Both the position numbers and the translations under genes were made by a program. Shown in pieces: positions 10,695-21,597 of a DNA stretch of 64,000 nt. How positions within the stretch are numbered: the first letter of the stretch is position 1; each line of letters opens with the position of its first letter. The notes below the pieces were generated by a model, which worked only from the letters and a program-made list of their open reading frames with translations, had not been told where the DNA came from and searched no databases. This DNA comes from an uncultured Actinomycetes bacterium (lineage in GTDB: Bacteria > Actinomycetota > Thermoleophilia > RBG-16-64-13), in the NCBI GenBank assembly GCA_963841735.1, contig CAWJDT010000007.1, forward strand, positions 24,499 to 88,498. Direction: 5' to 3'.

Positions 10695-13600
10695 ATGATT
10701 CCCCGAGCCGCCATGGGGTGGAGGAAGTGCGGAAACCGGGCAGCGATATCGGGGTTGGTCGTTCTTTGCGTGCTGGTGCTGCTTGCCGGACTGCCGATGC
10801 TGGGGGTGGCTCCGGCGCAGGCGACAGTGGACGAGCAGACAGTGCGGGAGGAGGCCCCGCTAACCTTCGAGTCTTTGCTCAGCAACCCCGACCGGCCGGA
10901 AGTGGTGGGCGATCAGCTGCTGGTGGCCTTTCGCAAAGGGGTGAACGCTCTTACCGCCCAGCAGTTTGTCGGTAGGTACGGCGCTAAGGTGCAAGGCGTA
11001 CTGACCTCGGCTTCCAGGTATGCGGGCCAGAGGATAGCCGTCATCAAGGCGAGAGGTCTGGGCGCGGCCGGACTCTTCGACCAGCTGCAGAGCGACCCGG
11101 CGGTGGCGGCGGTGAGTCTCAACTACAAGCAACGCGTAGCCGTGACGGTGCCAAACGATCCCCTGTTTGGAGAAATGTGGGGGTTGGATAACATCGGTCA
11201 GACCGGAGGCGCCACCGACGCCGACATCGACGCTCCCGAAGCCTGGGATGTGTCAATGGGATCGTCGGGAGTGGTGGTCGCCGATATCGACACCGGCATC
11301 GACTACACGCACGAGGACCTGGTAGGCAACGTCTGGACCAATCCGTCTGAGATTGCGGGCGACGGCATTGACAACGACGGCAACGGCTACGTGGACGATG
11401 TGTACGGCATAGACACGGCCAACTATGACAGCGATCCTTGGGACGATCACGGTCACGGGACGCACACAGCTGGGACTATCGCGGCGGTGGGTGACAACGG
11501 TGTGGGAGTGGCCGGTGTGGGGTGGTCGACCAAGGTAATGGGCGTCAAGTTCCTGGATCAAGCGGGGTCCGGCAGCGACGCCGCGGCCGTAGAGGCCATT
11601 TACTACGTGATAGGTCAGAAGCTCGACAACGGGGTCAACGTGGTGGCCATCAACGCGAGCTGGGGTGGGGGGGGATACGATGCAGTCCTCGAGCAGGCTA
11701 TTGCCGACGCCGGGGACGCGGGCATCATCTTCGTGGCCGCTGCCGGCAATGACTCCCAGAATACCGACGTGGTATCCAACTACCCATCGGGCTACGACCC
11801 CGCCACCATCGTGTCTGTGGGCGCGACCGATCATAACGATCTCCCCACCTGGTTCACTAACTACGGGAGTTCCTCGGTGGATCTCTTCGCACCGGGGGAG
11901 AGCATCCTGAGTACGCTGCCCAACTTCGCGTATGCACCAGGCGCCGGCGACTATCTTCTTCGACGACATGGAGGCCGGAGCGGGCCAATGGGCCGCCCCG
12001 GAAGGAACATGGAGCATCACGAGCGAGAAGCCCGAAACGGGCAGCTATAGTTGGTCCGACAGTCCCGCAGGCGACTATTTGGACGACACCCAGAGCGCCA
12101 TCACTACGGCGTTGCTCGATCTGACGGCCGCTCCGGCCCACCCGATGCTCGGGTTCAGCGCCTGCTACGACTTGGGCAGCGCGGAGCTGGACATGCTCTT
12201 GGTGGAGTTCTCGGGCGACGACGGAGCGACCTGGGAATCTGTGGCCGCCCTTTTCGGATCGAGTGGTGGCTCGTGGGAATCGATCAGCGTGCCCATACCG
12301 TCGTATCTGTGCACCGATCAGTTCAGAGCTCGCCTCTGCTTGGTCACCGACTCGGAGGATGGAGAGGTGGCCGACGGTGTGTACATCGACGGTTTTGGTA
12401 TCGGGGCGACCGGGGCCTCCGACAAGTACGAGCGATGGAGTGGCACCTCTATGGCTACGCCGCATGTCACCGGGTCTATCGCGGTGCTGGCTGCGCAGTA
12501 TCCGGCCGACAGCCCGCTGGAACGCATCAGCCGCATTCGCTCCGGAGTCGACGTGCTGCCGCAACTGGACGGCTTGGCCAACACCGGGGGGAGGCTCAAT
12601 CTGGCCCGATCAATCGACGCCGGTCTTGTCCCGGTTCCCTGGGTCTCCAGACTATTGTATGAGCGCCCTGTGACCGCGGGTTCCCTGTTGATGTTGGAGG
12701 GGGTCCTGTTCGGAGACGACGCGGGAAAAGTGCTTGTGTCCGACGGCGCCACGGAAGTCGAGGCGCTGCTGGTGTCTTGGGCCGACGGAGCGGTCGAGGC
12801 CACGATGCCGGATACGCGCAATGGCATGGTCATTCTGGAAAGGGCGGACTCCGCTCGATGCACCGCTGGGACGGTGTCCGCCTGGGCCGACGGAGCTTCC
12901 TCGATTCTCGGCCGCGATGGCAACACGGCTCTCGCCACGGACAACGGCATCCTGTCATTTGGTGGCTATACGCAGGGCGGGGTGCTGGCCACCAGCACGA
13001 TCGAACTCTACGACCCCTATGAAGACACCTGGTTGGCGTCGTCCAAGTTGCGCCTGCCTGAGCCCCGCGTGTATGCGGCTTCGGCCGCTGCCGGCGACTA
13101 CGTGTACGTTATCGGGGGTTATGAGGACGGCCTTGGTCAGGCTCACGACAACATGTGGGCGTACGACTTCTCGGTCAACGAGTGGCTGACGATGGCTCCG
13201 CTCCCGGCTCCGCTGATGTTCCACGAAGCGGTGGAGGTGGATGGGTTGATCTGGGTGTTCGGAGGCAGCGACGAGAACGGCGTCATGAATCCCGATCTGT
13301 ACGTCTACGATCCTAGCGACGATTCCTGGACGGTTTCGGCCGGGCCATCCCCCCGCATCGAAGGGGCGGGCATCGCCGTTGATGGATTGATCTACTTCTT
13401 CGGTGGGTGGTCTGACACTGACGACTACGTCGGTACCACCGAGGTCTACGATCCCGTGGCCGGTTCTTGGACGACGTTGTCGGATCTTCCCTCCCCACTG
13501 GCGCGGATGGGGGTGGCCGAATACGGGGGCATGGTCTACCTCATCGGAGGCACCCACACCGACTGGTGGCTGGGCGGCATGAGGACCGTTCTGCGCTTCG

Positions 13601-15198
13601 ATCCAGCGACAGAGACGTGGAAAGACCTGTCGCCCCTAGTACTCGCGCTTCCGTCTGAGTCCGCGGCGCACAGCAGCCCGGCGGTGGGTGTTGAGGGCCA
13701 GGGTATCTACAGCATCAATGGGATGAGTTGGGGCAGCTCCTCCCGCCGTCTGCAGCTTCTGGCCGACTCTTCGCTGAGTATGAGCATCGTCTCCCTCGAC
13801 CCAGCCGTCGGCTCCGTTGACGGTGGCAACGAAGTCGCGATACTGGGCACGGAGTTCTTCGACGTGACGGGCGTGACCTTTGGCGGCGTGGCGGCTGCTG
13901 GCTACACCGTCGAGTCTTCCGACCGGATCGTCGCCACGGTTCCCGCGGGGGCGGCCGGGGTAGTGCAGGTACAGGTCACCTCCGCCGAGGGCGCGACCGC
14001 GGATACCGAGGCCGATGACTACAGGTACGCTGGTCGGCCGGCCATCACGTCTCTCAAACCGGCCGCCGGTCCTCTCGCCGGCGGAAACGACGTTGTCATA
14101 ACCGGCACCGAGTTCTACGGGGTCACCTCGGTGACGTTCGGTGGCATCCCGGCCCTCGACTTCGCGGTCGACTCGTCCACGCAGATCACCGCGGTGTCTC
14201 CGTCTCACCAAATTGGCTGGGTGCAGGTGCAGGTTACGGCGGCGGGAGGGGCGACGCCCAACGGGTCCGCCGACGACTTTTTCTACTTCACCGGCTATGT
14301 TTCGTTGCGCGGCACCGACCGGTACGACACCGCCATAAGGATCGCGAGGGCCATGTTCCCAGGGCCCCTGGAGCCGGGTGCGGGTCTGGTGTTGGCGCCG
14401 GGAGATACGTTTCAGGAGGCCCTCTGTGGTGGTCCGCTGGCCGCCGCCTACGGCGGGCCGGTACTGCTCACTCCCAGTACGGGGCTCAATAACGCGGTCA
14501 AGGCTGAGATTCTGCGGCTCCGGCCGCAGACGGTCATATGTGTCGGCCTCTCCGACGCTATCAAGTTGAAAGTCCAGGCTGCCCTGGCGCATACCGGTAG
14601 CGTGATCGCCATCAGGGGGACGAGCGTGTATGACATGAGTTACAGGGTGGCGAAGGCCCTGCAGGCCAAGGTGGGTGATCTCAGGGGAGCCACCGCCATA
14701 GTCACCCGCGGCGACGTGTTCCCCGACGCCATCGGGGTGTCCCCGCTGGCCTGTGCCAAGATGTGGCCCATTGTTTTGACGGGCAAGGGTACCGTTCTTA
14801 GCGCTAGTGCCGGTCGAACGCTGAGTGAGTTGCGCGTTGGCACAGCCATCAAAGTGGGCACTTATGCGACTCTGCCGGTAGGGGTGACGGGGCTTGCCAA
14901 CCTGTCCGGCTCCGATCGGTATGCCACCAACGTCAACGTGGCCGAATGGGCTCGGACCCACGCCGGCCTTACCTTCGACCACCTGGGCATCGTCACGGGG
15001 GACAAGTTCCCAGATGCCCTTGCCGCGGGGCCTTATCTAGCCCAGGAGAGGGGCATCGTGCTACTCAGCCCGCTGCTCGGCCCACTGCCCCGTGTCACCG
15101 CCGCTGAGATAGCAGGCCAGGCCGAGAATGTTCAGCATGTATCCTTTATCGCCATGATCGAGCCGGTGATCAGTCAAGTGAAGGCGCTGTTGCCATGA
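10695..15198 (+). CDS. Secreted S8 subtilisin-like peptidase with inserted beta-sandwich, Kelch repeats, IPT/TIG domains and cell-wall-binding repeat 2; one frameshift near 11950
   Basis: Triad DIDTG / HGTHTAG / GTSMATPHV; Kelch repeats (YVIGG, YFFGG, YLIGG); two GGNEV.I.GTEF IPT repeats; CWB2 motifs LRGTDRYDTA, FPDA, GSDRYATN. Confidence 0.9.
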
Positions 15199-17468
15199 AT
15201 AGACCTGGACGTGAGTTGGTCGAAGCTGCCCTAGCGAGCGGTGCCGGGGCATTGGACGAGGACGACGGCAAGCAGTTCTTTGCGGCCTACGGCATAGAGG
15301 TCCCTCAGGGGGGCACAGTGCATTCTGCCGATGAGGCCGTACGTCTGGCCGATGACATCGGCTACCCGGTGGTCATGAAGGGGGCTTCTCCCGACATCCA
15401 GCACAAGACCGATGCCGGTTTGGTACTGCTGCGCATCGGCAACGAGAAGGAGGTGCGCGAGGCGTACCGCACGCTGGAAGCGCGGGCGGCCGCGGGCGGC
15501 TCCACCCTGGAAGGCGTCCTTGTGGAGCACATGGTCATCGGCAGGCGCGAGTTCGTGGTGGGTCTGGTTCGAGACCTGCTGTTCGGACCGGTGGTCATGT
15601 TCGGTCTGGGAGGTATATACACCGAGGCTCTCAAGGATGTGGCTTTCGCCGTCGCGCCTGTCTCGGAGGACGACGCGTACGAACTCATGGACGAGATTCG
15701 AGCCAAGGTGCTTCTCGGCCCAGTGCGGGGGGAGCCGGCGGTAGACCGCGCGGCTCTGGCGAGGGTCATCATGGCTGTGGGGCAGATGGCGGAGGATCAT
15801 CCCGAGATCCGCGAGATCGACGTCAACCCTCTGCTCATCGACGGCTCTGTCCCCGTGGCGGTGGACGCTCTTATCGCCGTGGGCGAGCCCGTGCACGTTT
15901 CCACCCGGCCGCCGGCCGACATCTCCCAGTTGGATCACTTGGTGGCTCCGGGGAGTGTCGCCGTGGTGGGCGCATCGTCCGACACGGCCAAGTGGGGCGG
16001 CATGATCACGGCCAACCTGAGATTGGGCGAGTTTCCTGGTCCCATCTATCTGGTGAACCCCAAGGGAGGCACCATCCTGGGCCTGCCTGTCTATACGAGC
16101 GTGACCGAGCTTCCGGAGACTCCCGACTTGGTGCTGATAGCGGTGCCGTCGGCGTTGGTCAACGACGTTGTTGAGGAATGCGGCCGCAAGGGTGTGGGAG
16201 CGATCGTGGTGGTGTCGGCGGGATTCTCGGAGGTCGGCCCAGAAGGGCGGGCGATGGAGGAGGAGATGGTCGCCATCGCCGACAAGTACGACATGGCTCT
16301 GGTGGGTCCCAACTGCATGGGGGTCATCTCCTCACACCATAAGCTGTACGGCACGGGATTCATGCTGGTGCGCCCGGTTCCCGGGGGAGCTAGCATGGTG
16401 TCGCAATCGGGCAACCTGGGCCTCCAACTGCTCGTGTCGGCCGACAGGCGCAAGGGGGGAGTTGGCAAGTTCATCGGCGTGGGCAACGAGGCCATGATCG
16501 ACGCTGTGGACTTCATCAACTATCTGCACAACGACCCCGACACCAACACGATAGTCGCCTACATGGAAGGTTTCGACGACGGCCGGCGCCTCTTGGATGT
16601 TATCAAGCGCACCACGGTGGACAAGCCGGTGGTGGTACTGCGCGGGGGCATGAGCGACTACGGCAAGAAGGCCGCTGCCTCGCACACCGGGGCTCTGACC
16701 TCGTCTACAGCGGTGTTCCAGGCGGCGGCGCGGCAATCGGGGCTGATAGTGGTTACCGATCCGGACGAATTCATGGATCTTACCTTTGCTCTCTCTTACA
16801 TGCCCCTTCCTCCCGGCAAGAGGGTGGCTGTTGCTACCCTTGGTGGCGGTTGGGGGGTGCTGGTGTCGGACGAGATAGCCCGTTGCGGATTGGAATTGGC
16901 GGAGCTGACCCCCGATGTGATCGAGAGCTTGAACAAGCTCCTGCCTCCATTCTGGAGCCACGCGAACCCGGTGGATATGGTCGCCACCGTGACGCCTGGG
17001 GTTCCTGAAGCGGTTGTCGAGATACTGGCCGCCAGTGACGCGATAGATGCTGTGATAGTCATGGGCGTGGTCGGTTCCATGAGCGAGAGTCGCCGGGCCA
17101 TCACTGAGATAGAGAGTCTCAAGGCCGTTTGCGTGGGTATGCCGCCGGCTGCAGCGGGTGCCGCGGACGCGACCGGAGCGGCCGAAGCGGCCGCCGGCAC
17201 CGACGGGTGTGGCGACAACGAGCCTGTCGAGCCGGAATTGAGCGAGCGGGAGCTGGCATTCATAATGCAGAACGCGGCGTTGATGGACCGCTACTGCAAG
17301 CCCATCGCCAACATCTCACAGAAGCCCATGAGCCAGGCCATCTTCTCTGAGGGAGGTCGCTACGCCACCTTCGTCCTTCCTTCGCCTCTGAAAGGTGTAC
17401 GAATACTCGGCAAGATGGCGGCCTACAGCGCGTACCTGCGCAAGAAGGGCCGCGACCTCAACTGCTAA
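15195..17468 (+). CDS. ADP-forming acyl/acetate-CoA ligase, beta-alpha fusion
   Basis: N-terminal ATP-grasp (GYPVVMK, HKTDAG, FGLGG, EIDVNPL), then VAVVGAS, GPNCMG, SQSG, AASHTGAL, NPVD. Confidence 0.92.
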   Translation: MNRPGRELVEAALASGAGALDEDDGKQFFAAYGIEVPQGGTVHSADEAVRLADDIGYPVVMKGASPDIQHKTDAGLVLLRIGNEKEVREAYRTLEARAAAGGSTLEGVLVEHMVIGRREFVVGLVRDLLFGPVVMFGLGGIYTEALKDVAFAVAPVSEDDAYELMDEIRAKVLLGPVRGEPAVDRAALARVIMAVGQMAEDHPEIREIDVNPLLIDGSVPVAVDALIAVGEPVHVSTRPPADISQLDHLVAPGSVAVVGASSDTAKWGGMITANLRLGEFPGPIYLVNPKGGTILGLPVYTSVTELPETPDLVLIAVPSALVNDVVEECGRKGVGAIVVVSAGFSEVGPEGRAMEEEMVAIADKYDMALVGPNCMGVISSHHKLYGTGFMLVRPVPGGASMVSQSGNLGLQLLVSADRRKGGVGKFIGVGNEAMIDAVDFINYLHNDPDTNTIVAYMEGFDDGRRLLDVIKRTTVDKPVVVLRGGMSDYGKKAAASHTGALTSSTAVFQAAARQSGLIVVTDPDEFMDLTFALSYMPLPPGKRVAVATLGGGWGVLVSDEIARCGLELAELTPDVIESLNKLLPPFWSHANPVDMVATVTPGVPEAVVEILAASDAIDAVIVMGVVGSMSESRRAITEIESLKAVCVGMPPAAAGAADATGAAEAAAGTDGCGDNEPVEPELSERELAFIMQNAALMDRYCKPIANISQKPMSQAIFSEGGRYATFVLPSPLKGVRILGKMAAYSAYLRKKGRDLNC

Positions 17469-17501
17469 GGGGCGCCGTAGCCGGGTGTACCATCGGTAGT
17501 C

Positions 17502-18716
17502 ATGAGTAACAGTTTGCGAAGGGCCGGCGGGAGGACCCCCGGGTCGGTCCCCGAAGGCATCGCCGAGGCGATGGCTGCCGAAGGCGGCCGCGTGCCCTTC
17601 GCCCGCTACATGGATCTGGCCTTGACTCATCCCACAGACGGCTACTACGGCGGGGGCGGGGATATGCTCGGTCCGTACGGCCATTTCACCACAGCACCCT
17701 GCGTTTCGCCTGAGTTCAATGAGTCCGTGGAACGGGTCCTGCGAGAGTTGGTGGATGCCTCCGTGTCTTCCCAGGGGGGAGATGCTGAGATGGTGACGGC
17801 AATAGAGTTTGGGGGAGGACACGGTGATCTCTCCAAAGCCGTTCTCCGGGGCTGGGATAGGTACCGGCCTGATCTGCGGGAGCGAGTCACGTACGTGATC
17901 GTGGAGGTCAGCGGCGCCCTGCGAGAGAAGCAGCGACGGGCGCTGGCGGGCGTCACGGCTCGCGGTTGGCGGGTGAAGTGGGTGGCTTCGACTGACGACG
18001 CGCTCGCGGTTGCGCGCGGGACCTCGGTGGTGGGGGTGGGCAACGAGTTCATCGACGCCCTGCCCGTGCACCTTATCGATGTGCGGGGAGACGAGCTTCT
18101 GGAGGCCTGGGTGGAGTTGGACCGCACCGCACCGACGGGCGCGTCCCAAGTCCGCGCGCGGGAGGTCTGGGGGGCGCCCACACAGGAGGCTCTGGGCGAG
18201 CTGCGTAGGTTGTTTGGTACCGTCGTGGCCGGCGATCTCCGCTCGCTGAGCCAAGACGGCATCATTGAGGTGAGGCCTTCCGCAGCCACGCTGCTGGAGC
18301 AGGTGGCGGCGGCCGCGCAGGCGTGCTGTCTGTTGACCATTGACTACGGCGGTTGGTTCGGTGGCCCGGTTTGCGGAGCCGCTCCCTCGGCGCCCTACAG
18401 GCGGACGGTGCGCGGCTACTTCAGGCACCAGCCGGAGGCCGATCCCTATGTGCGGATAGGCCGGCAGGACCTGACGGCCGACGTGGACTTTCGGGCTCTT
18501 GACCTTCATGGTCGCCGGGCGGGGTTCGAGACGGTGTTGTATGCGACGGTGGCGGGATTGCTGACGGCGGTCGGGGCAGAGGACACGCTGCGGGCGCTAC
18601 GGGAGCGTGCCGCCACTTCACTGCAGATCGATCGCCGGGCTTCGATCCTCCAGAAGCTTTTGGACGGCGAGGACCTGGGCGGGGCTTTCAAAGTGTTGCT
18701 GCAGGCGCGAGAGTGA
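17502..18716 (+). CDS. MidA/NDUFAF7-family SAM-dependent methyltransferase
   Basis: FARYMDLAL.HP..GYY, FTTAP, EFGGG.G, NEFIDALPVH, IDYG, GRQDLTADVDF, FKVLLQ. Confidence 0.9.
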   Translation: MSNSLRRAGGRTPGSVPEGIAEAMAAEGGRVPFARYMDLALTHPTDGYYGGGGDMLGPYGHFTTAPCVSPEFNESVERVLRELVDASVSSQGGDAEMVTAIEFGGGHGDLSKAVLRGWDRYRPDLRERVTYVIVEVSGALREKQRRALAGVTARGWRVKWVASTDDALAVARGTSVVGVGNEFIDALPVHLIDVRGDELLEAWVELDRTAPTGASQVRAREVWGAPTQEALGELRRLFGTVVAGDLRSLSQDGIIEVRPSAATLLEQVAAAAQACCLLTIDYGGWFGGPVCGAAPSAPYRRTVRGYFRHQPEADPYVRIGRQDLTADVDFRALDLHGRRAGFETVLYATVAGLLTAVGAEDTLRALRERAATSLQIDRRASILQKLLDGEDLGGAFKVLLQARE

Positions 18717-18786
18717 CGCGGGGGGGCCTCCTCGCGTGGCTGTGATTCAGGCGGTGGCCGCGCTCCCGCGACGATCGGGGCCGGGA

Positions 18787-20292
18787 TTAGAAGGTGGCGT
18801 GGTCTCCCACACGGGTGAGTTGCAGCCCGAGAGTCTTGCTCAAGCTGGTGAGGCGGTCCAGGATGATCTTAGCCGTAGCGCCGGTCACCGGGGCCGGGGC
18901 ACCCGAGGTTTCGCTGAGCCATATGGGGATGATCTCTCCGGTAGGGCGCCCCTCCTTGGGTATGCTCACCCGGAGCACGAACGACTGGCCTGTCTCGGGG
19001 CGCGAGTGCCTGTCGAACACAAAACCGCCCAAACTGTAGGCGATGAGTTTGTTCTTATATATCTCCAACCCTTGGTCCACATGGGGATGGTGACCCAGAA
19101 CCAGATCGGCGCCGGCATCTATCACCGCGTGGGCGAGGTTCCGCTGGGCCGAGGTGACGGTTGGTGAGTACTCGACTCCCCAGTGGAAGCTCACGACTAC
19201 GAAATCCACCTGCTTAGCGGCGGCTGCCACCTGGTTGGCGATACTTCGGGGGTCGTAGGTCGTGGCGACGCCAGGCTTGCCGGCGCCGGCGGCGAAGCCG
19301 GAGGGGACGATGCTACTGTAGGCAAGCACCGCGACCTTACCGGCGGGGGTGTCCATAATGACGGGGGCCACCGCAGCCGCGCCGTTGGCGCCGGCGCCGG
19401 CGTGCTTGACGCCCACGGCGTCAAGCCGGGCGATGCAGTCCAGCAGAGCCGCCGAGCCGTAGTCGAGGATGTGGTTGTTGGCCAAGCTCACCACGTCGAT
19501 GCCCCCGGATAGCAGGCCTTGTGCCAGAGCCGGCCGGGCTCGGAAAGTGTATTCCTTCCCCGATACCGGGCTGCCCACATTGGAGATGGGCCCCTCAAGA
19601 TTGACGAGGGCCAAGTCTGCTGGGGCAAGGTACTGCTTGACCTGAGCGAAGACGGCCGGGCCGCCGTTCTTGTCCATGAAAAGGCCCACTCCGCGGTCAC
19701 CCAGAACGTCGCCGCCGGCCGCTACGGTCAGCGAGGATACGGGTATCGTGGCCTGCTCGAGCACCCCGATGATGTCGAACGCGTCCACGTTTACGTATGT
19801 ATGTCCGGTCGCGGCCGTTTTGGAGCCGCTCCAGCTGATAATCACGGTGTGGGCGCCTTGGGCCAGGGTCTCGGTGCTCCAGACCGGCTGTTGCCACTTG
19901 ATGGTGGGGCTGGAAAGGTCGACGTCCGCCGGCGGCGAGCCATCAACACTCACCTTCGCGATGCCGTAAACAGGGCTGGTCTTGGCGATCCAGACCAGCT
20001 TGGTGCCGGTGAACCGCACGATGAGCGACGCCCCGGTGGAGTCAGTCCAGCGGAAGGTGTTCTGGGAGGCTTCGCGGGTCTTCGAGCGCACGGTATTCCA
20101 GGCCCCTGCATAGGCCAGGTGGGAGTCGCTTTGTTCGAAGCGGGTGGCCAGCGTTCCAGCCGAGTCGGGCGAAAGCTCGCTCCCGATCGGCTCTTCGGCT
20201 TGGGCACTGTCGGGGCTCGCCCACAGCAACAGGGCAAGCAGCACCAGCGCCACTGCCAAGAAGATCGCTGCTCTTGGGCGGATCACGCGCAC
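18787..20292 (-). CDS. CapA/PgsA-family metallophosphoesterase-fold protein with N-terminal beta-sandwich repeat
   Basis: Signal peptide; GGDVLGDR, NLEGP, SLANNHILDYG, HWGVEY, GHHPHV, YSLG. Confidence 0.9.
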   Translation of the reverse strand: MRVIRPRAAIFLAVALVLLALLLWASPDSAQAEEPIGSELSPDSAGTLATRFEQSDSHLAYAGAWNTVRSKTREASQNTFRWTDSTGASLIVRFTGTKLVWIAKTSPVYGIAKVSVDGSPPADVDLSSPTIKWQQPVWSTETLAQGAHTVIISWSGSKTAATGHTYVNVDAFDIIGVLEQATIPVSSLTVAAGGDVLGDRGVGLFMDKNGGPAVFAQVKQYLAPADLALVNLEGPISNVGSPVSGKEYTFRARPALAQGLLSGGIDVVSLANNHILDYGSAALLDCIARLDAVGVKHAGAGANGAAAVAPVIMDTPAGKVAVLAYSSIVPSGFAAGAGKPGVATTYDPRSIANQVAAAAKQVDFVVVSFHWGVEYSPTVTSAQRNLAHAVIDAGADLVLGHHPHVDQGLEIYKNKLIAYSLGGFVFDRHSRPETGQSFVLRVSIPKEGRPTGEIIPIWLSETSGAPAPVTGATAKIILDRLTSLSKTLGLQLTRVGDHATF

Positions 20293-20354
20293 CTCTCCCT
20301 CGTCGGGTCCAGTGTGATTGTAGCCGCGCGAGCTGGGGTGGGCAATGGTAGCGG

Positions 20355-21576
20355 CTACTCGGAGGGGGTCCCGAAGCAGCGCTTGGTCGCCGCGAACGCG
20401 TCAGCTGCAAGCCCCAGATCGGCGCTAAGACCGGTGAGGCGGTCCAGGATGACGGCGGCCTCGCTGCCGCTCACCACTTTGGGGACCCCTTGGGTGTCGT
20501 GTAGATACACGGGAATGATCTTGCCCGAAGGCGGTCCCTCCCGCTGCAGGGTCACCTGCAGGACGAACGCTTCGCCGGTGGCTCGGGAGTAGTGGTCGAA
20601 GATGAAATCACCCAGACTGTAGGCGATCAGGCCGTCCTTGTAGATCTCGAGCCCTTGGATGACGTGGGGGTGGTGGCCCAAGATGAGGTCGGCGCCGGCA
20701 TCGATCAGCTTGTGCGCGAGGTTCTGCTGGGACGAGTCGGCAGTGGCATCGTATTCGGTACCCCAATGGAGACTGACGATCACGAAGTCGGCCTCTTTGG
20801 CGGCGGCGGCGACCTGGGCTACTAGTTTCTCGTTGGGAGATGAGGTGACGTTTGTTCCAGGTTGGCGCGCGGTGGCGGCGAATCCCAGCAGTGATCTCGC
20901 TGGCGGCGAGAACGGCCACGGTGCCGGCGGGGGTCTGCAGGTTGGCCGCCGCCGCCGCCGCTGTGGCGTCGGCCCCGGCTCCGGCATGTGCGACGCCTGC
21001 CTCGTCCAGCCGGGCGATGCAGTCTAGTAGAGCCTCCGAGCCGTAGTCGCGCGCGTGGTTGTTGGCCAGGCTAACCACGTCGATGCCCGCCCAGGCCAGA
21101 CCCGCGGTGAGGGCGGTGCGCGCTTCGAAGGTGAATTTCTTCCCGGCCACTGGGCCGCCCAGGTTGGAGATGGAGCCTTCGAGATTGATGAAGGACACGT
21201 CGGCGGGAGCGAGATAGGGTTTCACGAACTCGAAGACCGACTCGCCTCCGTGCTTGTCGATGTAGTCACCGACTCCGCGGTCGCCCATCACGTCGCCTCC
21301 GGCGGCCACGCTCAAAGCGGGCGGTTCGGTGGTGGTCGTCGTGGACGCCGCTGTGGTCGTGGTGGGCGGCAGGGTCGTCGTAGTGCCAAGAGGCGTTTCG
21401 CTGGTGGTCGTGGTGGACTCACTAGTCACGAACTCGGCAGTGGCAGATCCAGCCGTCTTGACGTGCCAGATGTAGTAACCGGCCAGGGCGGCGACCACTA
21501 ACCATAGAGTGACTACGACCAGCACAAGGGGGCGTTTGATGGGCCGGGTGCGGCCGCGTGTGGTCTTGGAGGGCAT
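20355..21576 (-). CDS. Second CapA-family protein, membrane-anchored with Thr-rich linker; frameshifts near 20880 and 20410
   Basis: GGDVMGDR, NLEG, SLANNHARDYG in ORF 20608..21741; HWGTEY, GHHPHV, YSLGDF in ORF 20355..20987; exact 3' end uncertain. Confidence 0.85.
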
Positions 21577-21583
21577 GTCTACG

Positions 21584-21591
21584 AGTATAAT
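21584..21591. promoter_or_regulatory. Overlapping divergent -10 elements (bidirectional, leaderless)
   Basis: Top strand TATAAT 21586-21591, 6 nt before ATG 21598; bottom strand TATACT (21589-21584), 7 nt before ATG 21576. Confidence 0.65.
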
Positions 21592-21597
21592 AGCCCA

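Noticed and set aside
11930-11965. Programmed frameshift or phase variation in the S8 protease
   Set aside because: No slippery run or repeat tract; matches the background indel error
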